Shown: piece after piece, positions 28,256 through 37,982 of the stretch | Numbering within the stretch: the stretch's first letter is position 1 | How the letters are laid out: the number at the start of each line of letters is the position of its first letter | Source: an uncultured bacterium | GTDB lineage: Bacteria > Omnitrophota > Omnitrophia > Omnitrophales > Aquincolibacteriaceae | Assembly (NCBI GenBank): GCA_964511315.1 | Contig: CAZEFF010000002.1 | Span: forward strand, 2,230-66,229 | Direction: 5' to 3' | Length of the DNA stretch: 64,000 nt | Position numbers and translations under genes: made by a program | Notes under the pieces: generated by a model | What the model was told of the DNA's origin: nothing | The model's input: the letters and a program-made list of their open reading frames with translations, nothing else | Databases searched by the model: none

Positions 28256-28837
28256 ATGCTCCTAGTCATCGATAACTACGATTCATTTACATATAACCTC
28301 GTTCAATATTTGGGCGAACTCAAGGCGCAGCCTGTGGTTTTCCGGAACGATCAAATCACAGTCAAAAAAATTATCCAGATGCGTCCAGACCAAATCGTGA
28401 TTTCACCGGGGCCCTGCACCCCTAAAGAGGCAGGCATTTCCTGCGAAGTCATCCGCACCTTCAGCGGCAAAACACCCATCCTTGGCGTTTGTCTCGGGCA
28501 TCAATGCATCGGCGATGTCTTCGGCGGAAAAATTATCCGGGCGAAACAAATCATGCACGGAAAAACGTCCGAAATTTACCACAAAGGCAAAGAACTGTTT
28601 AAAGGTTTGCCGAACCCCTTTAAGGCCACACGCTATCATTCACTGCTGATCGAAAATAAATCTTTCCCCAAAACTCTCGAAATCACCGCCGTCACCAAAG
28701 ACGATGAAATCATGGGCGTGCGTCACCGCCGTCATCCCACATGGGGCGTGCAGTTTCATCCCGAATCGATTTTGACACAGGGCGGCAAAGATATTCTGCG
28801 TAATTTTCTCGCCCTGGCTAAAAAGGCGAGGCTATGA
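28256..28837 (+). CDS. trpG: anthranilate synthase component II (glutamine amidotransferase)
   Basis: 193 aa class I GATase (GVCLGHQ, HS, FHPES); position within the trp cluster supports trpG over pabA. Confidence 0.85.
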   Translation: MLLVIDNYDSFTYNLVQYLGELKAQPVVFRNDQITVKKIIQMRPDQIVISPGPCTPKEAGISCEVIRTFSGKTPILGVCLGHQCIGDVFGGKIIRAKQIMHGKTSEIYHKGKELFKGLPNPFKATRYHSLLIENKSFPKTLEITAVTKDDEIMGVRHRRHPTWGVQFHPESILTQGGKDILRNFLALAKKARL

Positions 28838-29850
28838 GTTTCGAAAAAACCTTTTTAGCGCTTCTTGCCGGTAAGTCTCTTACCGAAACGGAAGCCGGTG
28901 ACGTTTTTGCTGAACTCTTCCGCAACCGCCTGACACCCCATCAAGCCAAGTCGCTCCTTTTACTTCTCGCGAAAAAAGGCGAGACCGCCGAAGAAGTACT
29001 CGGATGTCTGCGGGCACTCAAACCCTATGAACCTCAAGGCAGCATTCATATCCCAGGGCTGATTGATACTTGCGGAACAGGGGGAGACGGCAGTCACTCA
29101 CTGAATATTTCAACCTTGGCTGCCATTGTGGCCGCCGGAGCCGGATGCAAAGTCGCCAAACACGGCAACCGGGCTTTTAGTTCCAAGTGCGGAAGTTCTG
29201 ATCTCATGGAGGCCTTCGGTGTTCAGCTGGAGGCTTCGCCCTCATCCATGATTGAATCCATCCGGAGAAACGGGATTGGTTACTTTCACGCGCCGAATTA
29301 TCATCCCACAATCGGAAAATTTCAGGCCTTACGAAAATCACTCGGCACCAAAACCATTTTCAATTTGCTGGGCCCCTTGATCAATCCGTTCAAACTCAGC
29401 GGTCAGCTTGTGGGTGTCGCTAACGAAAAAACTTTTGATCTCTACACCGCGATCCTGAAAAAACAGGCGGCAAAACGCACTCTTCTTGTTTTCAGCGCTA
29501 AAGACGGTATGGATGAAATTTCAACCACCCACTCAACAAAAGCCGTTTTTATCGACGGCGTCAAAGCCCAAAACCTTACGATTAACCCAATCACCTATAA
29601 ACTTCGCCGAACATCTCCAGGGGACCTGAGAATCTCGAGCATTGAAGACAGCCAAAGAAAGTCGGACGCTATTCTCAAAGGAATTGAAAAAGGGCCGATC
29701 ATTGATGCCGTGCTTGTGAACGCGGGTGCCGCGATTTGGATGGCCGGAAAATCCCTAAACCTTGAAGAAGGCATTCACCAAGCGCGTGTTTCCATTCAAA
29801 GCGGCAATGCCTATAAAGCCTTAAAAGGATTAATTGAGAGTTCTAAATAA
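28834..29850 (+). CDS. trpD: anthranilate phosphoribosyltransferase
   Basis: 338 aa ([23 protein letters not shown]). Confidence 0.9.
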   Translation: MSFEKTFLALLAGKSLTETEAGDVFAELFRNRLTPHQAKSLLLLLAKKGETAEEVLGCLRALKPYEPQGSIHIPGLIDTCGTGGDGSHSLNISTLAAIVAAGAGCKVAKHGNRAFSSKCGSSDLMEAFGVQLEASPSSMIESIRRNGIGYFHAPNYHPTIGKFQALRKSLGTKTIFNLLGPLINPFKLSGQLVGVANEKTFDLYTAILKKQAAKRTLLVFSAKDGMDEISTTHSTKAVFIDGVKAQNLTINPITYKLRRTSPGDLRISSIEDSQRKSDAILKGIEKGPIIDAVLVNAGAAIWMAGKSLNLEEGIHQARVSIQSGNAYKALKGLIESSK

Positions 29851-30662
29851 TGATCCTAAACGACATTCTCACTCAAAAGCGCAAAGACCTCGAGGAAATC
29901 AAACGCCGTTTTCCTCTCCATCGGCTCAAAGAAACCGCTGAACACAAACAGCGGATAGATCCGCGCTCGTTTCTCAAAGCGGTATCCAACACAAAAAAAA
30001 TTAATCTCGTCTGCGAACTGAAAAAAGCGTCGCCCTCGGAGGGCATTTTGCGGGAAGACTTTCAGCCTCTTAGACTTGCCGCTGCCTATGAACATGGGGG
30101 AGCCGCCGCCATTTCCGTTTTAACCGAACCCCATTTTTTCAAAGGCCGTCCGAGTTATCTGAAAACGGTCCGTCAAGTCACGAGCATCCCTCTTTTAAGA
30201 AAAGATTTCATTCTCGAAAGTTATCAGCTTTATGAAACCGCCGTTCTTGAAGCCGACGCTTTTTTGCTCATCTCGTCCATTCTCACCGATAAGGAACTCA
30301 AAGATTTAATTCTTCTCGGAAAAAAACTCCATATGGACGCGCTTGTAGAGGTCCACACGGATGAAGACCTGAACAAAGCCCTGATTGCCGGCGCTGAAAT
30401 CATCGGCATCAATAACCGGAATTTGCGCACGCTTGAAGTCGACGCGAATAATGCCAAGCGGCTTCTTCCGCATGTCCCTAAACATATTCCGGTCGTGGTG
30501 GAAAGCGGGCTTAAAAAGCATGAAGAACTGCTCGCATATAAGAGCATCGGCGTTCACAGCTTTCTTGTCGGGACCACCCTTATGAAATCCCAGGATATTA
30601 TTGGAGCCATGGATCAGCTTTTAGGCCGTGACAAAAAATGGAAGCAGGAAGAAAAGTCATGA
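29850..30662 (+). CDS. trpC: indole-3-glycerol phosphate synthase
   Basis: 270 aa IGPS TIM barrel (ELKKASPS..; GINNRNL). Confidence 0.85.
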   Translation: MILNDILTQKRKDLEEIKRRFPLHRLKETAEHKQRIDPRSFLKAVSNTKKINLVCELKKASPSEGILREDFQPLRLAAAYEHGGAAAISVLTEPHFFKGRPSYLKTVRQVTSIPLLRKDFILESYQLYETAVLEADAFLLISSILTDKELKDLILLGKKLHMDALVEVHTDEDLNKALIAGAEIIGINNRNLRTLEVDANNAKRLLPHVPKHIPVVVESGLKKHEELLAYKSIGVHSFLVGTTLMKSQDIIGAMDQLLGRDKKWKQEEKS

Positions 30663-31315
30663 CGAAAGTAAAAATTTGCGGCAATACCAATCCCGAAGAC
30701 GCTTTGCTGGCCGCCCAGCTCGGCGCGGATTATCTCGGACTCATTTTTGCCGAAAGCAAACGCAGAGTCGCCAAAGGAAAGGCGAGTGAGATCATTCAGG
30801 CCCTTCCAGGTTTCAAAAATTTTGTGGGCGTTTTCATGAATCAGCCCAAGCCGGAAGTCGAGGCCATGGTCAAAGACCTCGGCATCAAGATCCTGCAGTT
30901 TCACGGAGACGAAACCGCCCTTTACTGCCAATACTTCATGGACAAAGGCTATCAGGTCATCAAAACTTTCCGAATCAAAGACGAAATGACGTTAAAGCGC
31001 CTTGATGATTACGATACCACCGCTTTTCTTTTCGATACTTTTTCGAAAGAAGAAGGGGGCGGTACGGGCAAACCTTTCGACTGGCACCTCATCGAGCAAA
31101 AGCCTTACATTCAGGAAAAACTTTTTCTTGCCGGCGGCCTCAATGTCAAAAATTTAGCGGATGCCATCAAACAAATCAAACCTTACGCGGTCGATGTCGC
31201 CAGCGGAGTTGAAAAAGCACCGGGAATCAAAGACCCAGAACTGCTCAGGCAATTCATTTCAATCGCGAAAGAAGGAATGAGTCACAATGCCAAAACGGAT
31301 ACCATTCGCGCTTAA
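30659..31315 (+). CDS. trpF: phosphoribosylanthranilate isomerase
   Basis: PRAI (MTKVKICGNT ... LAGGL). Start placed at the ATG overlapping the trpC stop (ATGA); the ORF track extends it 7 codons upstream. Confidence 0.8.
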   Translation: MTKVKICGNTNPEDALLAAQLGADYLGLIFAESKRRVAKGKASEIIQALPGFKNFVGVFMNQPKPEVEAMVKDLGIKILQFHGDETALYCQYFMDKGYQVIKTFRIKDEMTLKRLDDYDTTAFLFDTFSKEEGGGTGKPFDWHLIEQKPYIQEKLFLAGGLNVKNLADAIKQIKPYAVDVASGVEKAPGIKDPELLRQFISIAKEGMSHNAKTDTIRA

Positions 31316-32459
31316 GGTTTTAAGCCGTCTCGATAAGATTGACAAGGCCTCGGTCGAATCTTATATCAAAGACCTTGCCTGTGAACAGTCTCTCTATCAG
31401 GAAATTCTCGACGAAATCAACGAGGGGCTTCTCTTAATTGACCGTGACGGCAAAATCACTTACGCCAATCGCCAGGCCTCGCTTTGGCTGGGTTTTCACT
31501 TAAAGCATGATGAACGCAAACCCATTGATCAATTAATCGAAGACGGCACGGCCTCAGGCTATATTGGCACCTGTGTCAAAAATCTCACCGAAAAGAAGGT
31601 GAGCGACCTCACGATTCTTCATCCCCGGGAAACCCATCTCAGAATTTCGTGCCTTCCGCTTTCAAAGTCATCTGAATCCGAAGCCCTGGTCGTGATCGAA
31701 AATTTTTCGCTCGAACGTTCGCATATGCTGACCGAAGATCAGCTGGCCAGAATCGAAGCCCTTGTCAGCTTAGCAGCCGGCATTGCCCATGAAATCGGCA
31801 ACCCTCTCAACTCGATCGCGATTCACTTGGGGCTGCTGAAAAAGGAACTCTCAGGAATTCCTGAACCCAAGCGGGGAAAGCTCGAAAAGACGCTCGCGAT
31901 TTTAAATGCCGAAACTTCAAGGCTTGATAAGATTATTAAAAATTTCCTGAAGGCAACGCGCAAGCCTCCGCTTCGTCTAAAGACAGAAGACCTCAACCAG
32001 ATTTTAGAGGATGCCCTTGGTTTTATGATGCCCGAACTGAATGAGCATCACATCACACTCAAACTTAAAAAGGCGTCAACCCTCGTGCCTTTTTTATTGG
32101 ACCGCGAACGGATCTATCAAGCCGTCATTAATCTCATTAAAAATGCCATGGAAGCAATGCCGGATGGCGGAACCCTTTTAGCCAGTACCGGCCATCAAGG
32201 ACAAATCGCGAGCCTCAGTATTAAAGACACCGGCAAGGGCATCGATGAAGAAGATCTTCCGCATATTTTTGAAGCCTATTACACAACGAAAGAGGAAGGG
32301 TCGGGTCTTGGACTCATGACGGTTTACAATGTGGTGCGTGAGCACGGAGGAAAACTGGAAGTCGCGAGTAAACCCGGTAAAGGCTCAACCTTTACGCTTT
32401 TTTTCCCCATCCGTCAGCCTAAACTTCAGCTCCCTCAAATAAAAACAGGAAAAGGCTAA
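31287..32459 (+). CDS. sensor histidine kinase (PAS + HisKA + HATPase_c; NtrB/AtoS-like)
   Basis: H-box AHEIGNPLNSI; N/G1/G2 boxes (IKNAMEAM, KDTGKGI, GSGLGL); overlaps the trpF end by 29 nt. Confidence 0.8.
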   Translation: MPKRIPFALKVLSRLDKIDKASVESYIKDLACEQSLYQEILDEINEGLLLIDRDGKITYANRQASLWLGFHLKHDERKPIDQLIEDGTASGYIGTCVKNLTEKKVSDLTILHPRETHLRISCLPLSKSSESEALVVIENFSLERSHMLTEDQLARIEALVSLAAGIAHEIGNPLNSIAIHLGLLKKELSGIPEPKRGKLEKTLAILNAETSRLDKIIKNFLKATRKPPLRLKTEDLNQILEDALGFMMPELNEHHITLKLKKASTLVPFLLDRERIYQAVINLIKNAMEAMPDGGTLLASTGHQGQIASLSIKDTGKGIDEEDLPHIFEAYYTTKEEGSGLGLMTVYNVVREHGGKLEVASKPGKGSTFTLFFPIRQPKLQLPQIKTGKG

Positions 32460-32462
32460 ACT

Positions 32463-33836
32463 ATGTCATCGCTTTATTCGAGCATCCTCATTGTTGACGA
32501 TGAAAAAAATACACGGGAAGGTCTGAAAACTTTTCTGGAAGGCCTCGATTATGATGTCATGACAGCCGCCAGCGGTGAAGAAGGACTCAAAACTTACCTC
32601 GCCGAAAAACCGGATTTAGTTCTCACCGATATCCGGATGCCCGGAATGGATGGAACGGTGCTCTTAGAAAAAATTCTTGCCGCGAATCCAAGCGCCACCG
32701 TGGTCATGCTGACGGCTTATGGGTCGGTTGAAGATGCCGTCAAAGCCATGAAAAAAGGCGCGTTTTATTACCTGACGAAACCGGTCAATCTTGAAGAACT
32801 CGAATTTCTCGTCAAAAAAGCTATCGCGAGCAAAAGCATTCAGGATGAAAACAAAGAATTAAAGCAGGCGCTTTTCAAAGCCAAATTTGAAAAGGGCACT
32901 ATTTTGGGCGACTCTCAGCAGATGAAAGAACTTTTGCGTACCGTTGATAAAATCGCCGAGACCAACTCCACGGTTTTAATTGAAGGGGAAAGCGGCACGG
33001 GCAAAGAGCTCATTGCTCACCGCATCCATGAAATCAGCCCCCGCCGTCATCTGCCGTTTGTGGCGGTTCATTGCGCCGCTTTGACGGATACCCTTCTTTC
33101 AAGCGAACTTTTCGGTCATGAACGGGGAGCTTTCACGGGAGCCACCGAAAGAAAAATAGGACGCTTTGAACGCGCCCATACCGGAACCCTTTTTCTTGAT
33201 GAAATCGGAGAAATTTCTCAGGATACCCAGGTCAAACTTCTCCGTGTGCTTCAGGAAGGGGAATTTGAACGTGTGGGAGGCACCAAAACCATCAAGGTCG
33301 ATGTGAGACTTGTTTGCGCCACCAATAAAAATTTAATCGATGAAGTCCGTAAAGGAAAATTCCGCGAAGACCTTTATTACCGCATCAATGTCATTTATTT
33401 GAAAGTTCCGCCTCTACGTGAGCGGAAAGATGACATCCCGACACTGGTCGATTCTTTCATCAAGGCCTACAATCAGTCGAACAATAAGAAAATTACGGGG
33501 ATTGATACCGATGCCTTAGACGCGCTGAAGAATTATCCCTGGCCCGGAAATATCCGTGAACTCAAAAATATTGTGGAACGCATGGTCGTGCTGAGCGCTG
33601 ACCCCAAACTCCATTTAACCAATGTGCCTGAAGATATCCGTAACTACATCCATACCGCCAATGCCCAACAGGTCCTCTCCAATGTTCAGGCCGCGAATGG
33701 TTCGCTTTCCGATATGGAAAAGGAACTCATCAAAAAAACCATTGAAGAAGTGAAGGGAAATAAATCTCTCGCCGCCAAAAAACTCGGCATCTCACGCCGA
33801 ACTCTCTACCGCAAAATCGAAGACTACAACATCTAA
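32463..33836 (+). CDS. sigma54-dependent response regulator (NtrC family: REC + AAA+ sigma54-interaction + Fis-type HTH)
   Basis: REC domain (DDE...D...K); Walker A GESGTGKE; GAFTGA sigma54-contact motif; C-terminal HTH AAKKLGISRRTLYRKI. Confidence 0.9.
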   Translation: MSSLYSSILIVDDEKNTREGLKTFLEGLDYDVMTAASGEEGLKTYLAEKPDLVLTDIRMPGMDGTVLLEKILAANPSATVVMLTAYGSVEDAVKAMKKGAFYYLTKPVNLEELEFLVKKAIASKSIQDENKELKQALFKAKFEKGTILGDSQQMKELLRTVDKIAETNSTVLIEGESGTGKELIAHRIHEISPRRHLPFVAVHCAALTDTLLSSELFGHERGAFTGATERKIGRFERAHTGTLFLDEIGEISQDTQVKLLRVLQEGEFERVGGTKTIKVDVRLVCATNKNLIDEVRKGKFREDLYYRINVIYLKVPPLRERKDDIPTLVDSFIKAYNQSNNKKITGIDTDALDALKNYPWPGNIRELKNIVERMVVLSADPKLHLTNVPEDIRNYIHTANAQQVLSNVQAANGSLSDMEKELIKKTIEEVKGNKSLAAKKLGISRRTLYRKIEDYNI

Positions 33837-33847
33837 TTCTACTAAGC

Positions 33848-33985
33848 CGCGTGCTAAGTATTGCCGCCGGCATCGTTCAGCCCCAAATCAAATCCGGTTT
33901 GAGGGGGCTTCACTCGGCATTCGCTCGACTTCGCCATTCCATTGCGAAGTCGGCTCATGACGTGCCTCTGGCAATACCCAGCACG
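33848..33985. repeat. nested inverted-repeat element C upstream of dnaK
   Basis: 17-bp imperfect outer inverted repeat (GCGTGCTAAGTATTGCC / GGCAATACCCAGCACGC) enclosing a perfect 9-bp inverted repeat (CGACTTCGC..GCGAAGTCG) and AGCCCC..GGGGCT. Confidence 0.4.
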
Positions 33986-33997
33986 CATCTTAAAAAT

Positions 33998-34153
33998 CCG
34001 TAATTGTGAAAACCTGCCTGAAGCTAGCTCCCGGAACTCGTTGAAGATTGGTGCCCGCGTTTTTTGCGGGATTCAACGAGTGAGGGGCAGAGGTTGCTCC
34101 TCGCTGGAAGGAGCAAACCTCGATAGCGGAAGGCAGGTTTCAAAAATTACGGG
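33998..34153 (+). ncRNA. candidate structured RNA / conserved palindromic element, copy B (upstream of dnaK)
   Basis: 21-nt closing helix with an internal loop (CCGTAATTGTGAAAACCTGCC / GGCAGGTTTCAAAAATTACGG); the same conserved blocks and CGCTGGA hairpin loop as copy A, with compensatory changes in helices. Confidence 0.5.
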
Positions 34154-34296
34154 CGGATAAGGCGAGCTAATAGGTTACAGATGGACTGATACATTTCGGC
34201 ACACTCGACAGAGATGTCCCTATCGGGCTAAAAGGGAGGAAATCCGCAACCTATTACCATCTCTTCACTTACAACTATTCACTTTTCACTCATTTA

Positions 34297-34312
34297 TGGC
34301 ATGCCAATTGTA
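34297..34312 (+). promoter_or_regulatory. sigma54-like (-24/-12) promoter candidate upstream of dnaK
   Basis: TGGCAT-N5-TTGTA versus consensus TGGCAC-N5-TTGCA, with correct GG/-12 spacing; about 50 nt upstream of the dnaK ATG; lies next to an NtrC-type activator gene. Confidence 0.4.
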
Positions 34313-34362
34313 CTTATATAGAAGAGAATCGGTATCATAAAATTCACCAAAGGAGAACTAAA

Positions 34363-36282
34363 ATGGCAAAAGTACTTGGAATCGATTTAGGAACCACCAA
34401 TTCGTGCATGGCGATCATGGAAGGCTCAGACCCCAAGGTCATCGCGAATAAAGAAGGAAACCGCACCACACCTTCCGTTGTGGGATTCACCAAAACCAGC
34501 GAACGGATCGTGGGACAAGCGGCAAAAAGACAAGCGGTAACCAATCCGGAAAATACTGTTTTCAGTGCCAAGCGTTTTATCGGCAGACGGTATGAAGAAG
34601 TTACAAGTGAAGCGAAACTTGTTCCATTCAAAGTCAAAGCGGGCAAACATGGAGAAGCGGTGATTCACGTCTCTAATGATACCCGTGACTACACTCCGCC
34701 CGAAATTTCGGCGATGGTTCTGCAAAAAATGAAAGCGGACGCTGAAGCTTATCTTGGCGAAAAAATTACGCAGGCGGTCATCACGGTGCCTGCTTATTTC
34801 AATGACTCTCAGCGTCAAGCCACCAAAGATGCCGGGCAAATTGCCGGCCTCGAAGTCTTACGCATTATCAATGAACCGACAGCGGCAGCACTCGCGTACG
34901 GTCTTGATAAAAAGAAAGATGAAACCATCGCGGTCTATGACCTCGGAGGCGGAACGTTTGACGTTTCGATTCTTGAAATCGGCGAAGGCGTTTTTGAAGT
35001 CAAAGCCACGAATGGTGACACGCATTTGGGCGGTGATGACTTTGACCAAAAGATCATCGAATGGCTTGTCGCTGAATTCAAAAAGACTGACGGCATTGAT
35101 CTTTCGAAAGACAAGATGGCCCTTCAGCGTTTGAAAGAAGCCGCTGAAAAAGCCAAATGCGAACTTTCCACATCGCAAACATCAGAAATCAATCTGCCTT
35201 TCATTACGGCAGACGCTTCGGGTCCCAAACATCTTTTACTCAGCCTCACACGGGCGAAACTCGAACAGCTTGTGTCCGATTTGATTGAAAGAACCTTGGC
35301 TCCTTGCGTCAACGCCATGAAAGACGCCGGCGTAACAGCGGCTGATATCGATGAAGTTGTTTTGGTCGGCGGTCAGACCCGTATGCCGGCTGTGGTTGAA
35401 AAAGTAAAAAAGATTTTCGGCAAAGATCCTCATCAGGGCGTGAACCCCGATGAAGTCGTGGCCATTGGCGCTGCCATCCAAGGCGGAGTCTTGAAAGGCG
35501 ATGTGAAAGACATTCTGCTTCTTGATGTCACACCGCTTTCTCTCGGCATCGAAACTTTGGGCGGGGTGATGACCAAGCTCATTGAACGCAACACGACGAT
35601 CCCGACGAAAAAATCCGAAATCTTCTCAACAGCGGCCGACAATCAAACCGCTGTAACTGTGAAGGTTCTTCAAGGAGAGCGTCAGCTTGCCAACGACAAC
35701 CGGGTGCTCGGAATTTTTAACCTGGAAGGCATTCCAGCGGCTCCCCGAGGAGTTCCGCAAGTCGAGGTCACGTTTGATATCGATGCGAACGGAATTGTGC
35801 ATGTGTCCGCCAAAGATTTGGGTACGGGCAAGGAACAAAAAATCCGTATCGAGTCTTCGTCAGGCCTCAACAAGGATGAAGTCGAGAAGCTTGTGAAAGA
35901 AGCTCAGGCTCATGCGGATGAAGATAAAAAGCGCCACGAATTCATCACGCAAAAGAACCAGCTCGACAACCTGGTCTACCAGACAGAAAAAAGTCTAAAG
36001 GATCTCGGCGAGAAAATCACCGCTGAAGAAAAGACCAAGGTGGAAGAAGCGCTGAAAGAAGCCAAAGACGCGCTTGCCACCGAGGATGTCGAGAAGATCA
36101 AAGCGGCTTCTGAGAAACTCACCACAGCGTCTCATGCCATCGCTCAGAAAATCTATGAGGAAGCCGCCAAGAAACAGCAGGCTGCCGGCGGCGGTGCCAA
36201 GGGCGCTAAGGCTGAAGGCAAAGAAGACATCAAAGAAGCCGACTATGAAGTTGTCGATGAAGATAAGAATGAGAAGAAATAA
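34363..36282 (+). CDS. dnaK: molecular chaperone DnaK (Hsp70)
   Basis: 639 aa; canonical Hsp70 signatures ([27 protein letters not shown]) and an acidic C-terminal EEVD-like tail. Confidence 0.95.
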   Translation: MAKVLGIDLGTTNSCMAIMEGSDPKVIANKEGNRTTPSVVGFTKTSERIVGQAAKRQAVTNPENTVFSAKRFIGRRYEEVTSEAKLVPFKVKAGKHGEAVIHVSNDTRDYTPPEISAMVLQKMKADAEAYLGEKITQAVITVPAYFNDSQRQATKDAGQIAGLEVLRIINEPTAAALAYGLDKKKDETIAVYDLGGGTFDVSILEIGEGVFEVKATNGDTHLGGDDFDQKIIEWLVAEFKKTDGIDLSKDKMALQRLKEAAEKAKCELSTSQTSEINLPFITADASGPKHLLLSLTRAKLEQLVSDLIERTLAPCVNAMKDAGVTAADIDEVVLVGGQTRMPAVVEKVKKIFGKDPHQGVNPDEVVAIGAAIQGGVLKGDVKDILLLDVTPLSLGIETLGGVMTKLIERNTTIPTKKSEIFSTAADNQTAVTVKVLQGERQLANDNRVLGIFNLEGIPAAPRGVPQVEVTFDIDANGIVHVSAKDLGTGKEQKIRIESSSGLNKDEVEKLVKEAQAHADEDKKRHEFITQKNQLDNLVYQTEKSLKDLGEKITAEEKTKVEEALKEAKDALATEDVEKIKAASEKLTTASHAIAQKIYEEAAKKQQAAGGGAKGAKAEGKEDIKEADYEVVDEDKNEKK

Positions 36283-36394
36283 CTTCAGCGACAACGACTC
36301 GGACGAGAGCTTCGGGCTCTCGCCGAGCATCCTTAGGCATTGGCCTAAGGGTGAGGTAATCGACGAAGATACCAAGAAAGATAAGTAAGCCTAG

Positions 36395-36433
36395 GGTGCC
36401 AGGTACCCCAAAAAGTGCCTGGCACCTGTTTTT
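36395..36433 (+). terminator. rho-independent terminator after dnaK
   Basis: GGTGCCAGG..CCTGGCACC stem followed by TGTTTTT. Confidence 0.6.
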
Positions 36434-36534
36434 CCCCCTAAGGAAACAGCCGTTTTTGCCGTCGAATAGTTTCAATGCCCGGACAGTCTAATACCTGTAA
36501 GACAAACCCCAGCAATACAACCAAGGAGCCCAAA

Positions 36535-36894
36535 ATGAAGCAGCAAGTTAAGTTTATGGCGGTTCTTTTCGCCGCTTTGATGGTCCTCAGCTCAACCCCG
36601 GCTTTCGCCAAGAAAGACGGAGATCCATCCGGTTGGGGCAAAGGCGAGAAAAAAGGCTGGCATGATGAAAAAATGCCTCCGGGACTTTCTAAAAAAGATG
36701 GTGAAAAGGCCGAACGCGAAGCCAAAAAAGCAAAGAATGAAACAGAGCGGGAAGCCAAGAAAAAGCAAAAAGAAGCCGAACGTGAAGCCAAGAAAAAACA
36801 AAAAGAAGCTGAACGCGAAGCCAAAAAGAAACAGCATGAAGCCGAAGAAGCCGCTGAAAAAGCGAAAGAACAAGCCGAAAAAGCTAATTCTTAA
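36535..36894 (+). CDS. small secreted Lys/Glu-rich repeat protein
   Basis: Strong RBS AAGGAG; signal peptide (MKQQVKFMAVLFAALMVLSSTPAFA); three tandem KEAEREAKKKQ 11-aa repeats. Start taken at the internal ATG of the ORF 36475..36894. Confidence 0.6.
   Translation: MKQQVKFMAVLFAALMVLSSTPAFAKKDGDPSGWGKGEKKGWHDEKMPPGLSKKDGEKAEREAKKAKNETEREAKKKQKEAEREAKKKQKEAEREAKKKQHEAEEAAEKAKEQAEKANS
36710..36850 (+). repeat. tandem 33-nt coding repeats (KEAEREAKKKQ x3 plus degenerate copies)
   Basis: The direct repeat aaagaagc(c/t)gaacg(t/c)gaagccaa(g/a)aa(a/g)aaaca(a/g) is seen three times. Confidence 0.6.
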
Positions 36895-36923
36895 TCTTGG
36901 TTCACCGTTTCAAAGAATCACCC

Positions 36924-36952
36924 AGGCCGGGGCTAAAACCCCGGCCTTTTTT
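36924..36952 (+). terminator. rho-independent terminator
   Basis: AGGCCGGGG-CTAAAA-CCCCGGCCT stem-loop followed by T6. Confidence 0.7.
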
Positions 36953-36992
36953 ATGCTTTTAGACATCTCCATCTAAGGTTAAAATACACCTC

Positions 36993-37979
36993 ATGAATTC
37001 GGTCCCTAAAGATGCATCAAAAGGCGAAGTTGTTTTTTATAAGAATAAGCTCGAAGTCCGTCTTGAAGAAGATACGGTTTGGCTTAGCCAAAAACAAATG
37101 GCTGAGTTGTTTGATAAGGATACGGACACTATTAGCCTTCATATCAAAAACATCTATAAGGAGGGCGAGCTTTCTCGTAAAGCAACTACCGAGGAATCCT
37201 CGGTAGCTCAAAAAGAAGGGCAAAGAATTATTCACAGAAAGCTAACCTTCTATAACTTGGACATGATCATCTCTGTCGGCTACAGGGTCAACTCCAAGAG
37301 GGGTACGGAATTCCGCATTTGGGCGACCCAGGTTTTGAAGAAGCACTTGGTTGAAGGCTATACGCTCAATCAAAGAAGGCTTCAGCTGGCGACAAAGAAA
37401 TACCAAGAGCTAAAAACCGCTGTTAGCCTTATTGGTAATGTCACTTCACTGAAGGGCTTGCCCCAGGAGGCTGTCGGAATCGCTCAAGTCATCTCCCAAT
37501 ATACCCGTGCCCTTGATCTTCTTGATGATTTCGATCATGAGCGCCTCAAAACGCCGACGGGCAGTAAAAAAGCTTCTTTCACAATGAGTTACGGTGAAGC
37601 TCAAAAAATCATCTTCGCTCTAAAGAAAAAATTTAAATCTTCATCTCTTGTAGGACAAGAAAAAGATAACGGGTTCAAAAGTTCTCTGGGAGCGATCTAT
37701 CAAACCTTTGGCGGAAAAGACCTTTACCCAAGCGTTCAGCAAAAAGCTGCTCATCTTCTTTATTTTGTCACGAAGAACCATAGCTTTGTGGACGGCAATA
37801 AAAGAATCGCGGCGGCTCTGTTCATTTGTTTTCTGGATCGCAACAAACTGCTTTTAAAACGCGATGGTGCGAAGCGCATTGATGAAAGCGCGCTTGTGGC
37901 ACTGACTCTCATGATCGCTGCCAGCAAACCCCAAGAAAAAGATTCCATGATCAAAGTCGTGTTAAACCTTTTAAACTAA
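36993..37979 (+). CDS. RhuM-family protein with C-terminal Doc-type Fic domain (HxFxDGNKR)
   Basis: The N-terminus matches the RhuM/virulence-protein pattern (KLEVRLEEDTVWLSQKQMAELF...IS.HIKNIYKEGEL). The C-terminus carries the Fic core motif HSFVDGNKRIAA, which has the Doc-like NKR variant rather than the GNGR of AMPylating Fic. Confidence 0.65.
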   Translation: MNSVPKDASKGEVVFYKNKLEVRLEEDTVWLSQKQMAELFDKDTDTISLHIKNIYKEGELSRKATTEESSVAQKEGQRIIHRKLTFYNLDMIISVGYRVNSKRGTEFRIWATQVLKKHLVEGYTLNQRRLQLATKKYQELKTAVSLIGNVTSLKGLPQEAVGIAQVISQYTRALDLLDDFDHERLKTPTGSKKASFTMSYGEAQKIIFALKKKFKSSSLVGQEKDNGFKSSLGAIYQTFGGKDLYPSVQQKAAHLLYFVTKNHSFVDGNKRIAAALFICFLDRNKLLLKRDGAKRIDESALVALTLMIAASKPQEKDSMIKVVLNLLN

Positions 37980-37982
37980 ATT

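Noticed and set aside
33848-33985. Possible CIRCE (HrcA) operator upstream of dnaK because of GTGCTAA half-sites
   Set aside because: CIRCE is TTAGCACTC-N9-GAGTGCTAA. Here the half-sites are in the opposite order and ~105 nt apart, so it is not a CIRCE element.
33942-34160. 72-aa plus-strand ORF in the NtrC-dnaK spacer
   Set aside because: Lies entirely over the palindromic/structured element B, has no RBS, and its Arg/Gly/Cys-rich composition fits a GC-rich hairpin read as protein. Treated as non-coding.
36592-36873. Minus-strand Phe-rich 93-aa ORF
   Set aside because: Antisense of the AAA/GAA-rich K/E repeat gene. Compositional artefact.
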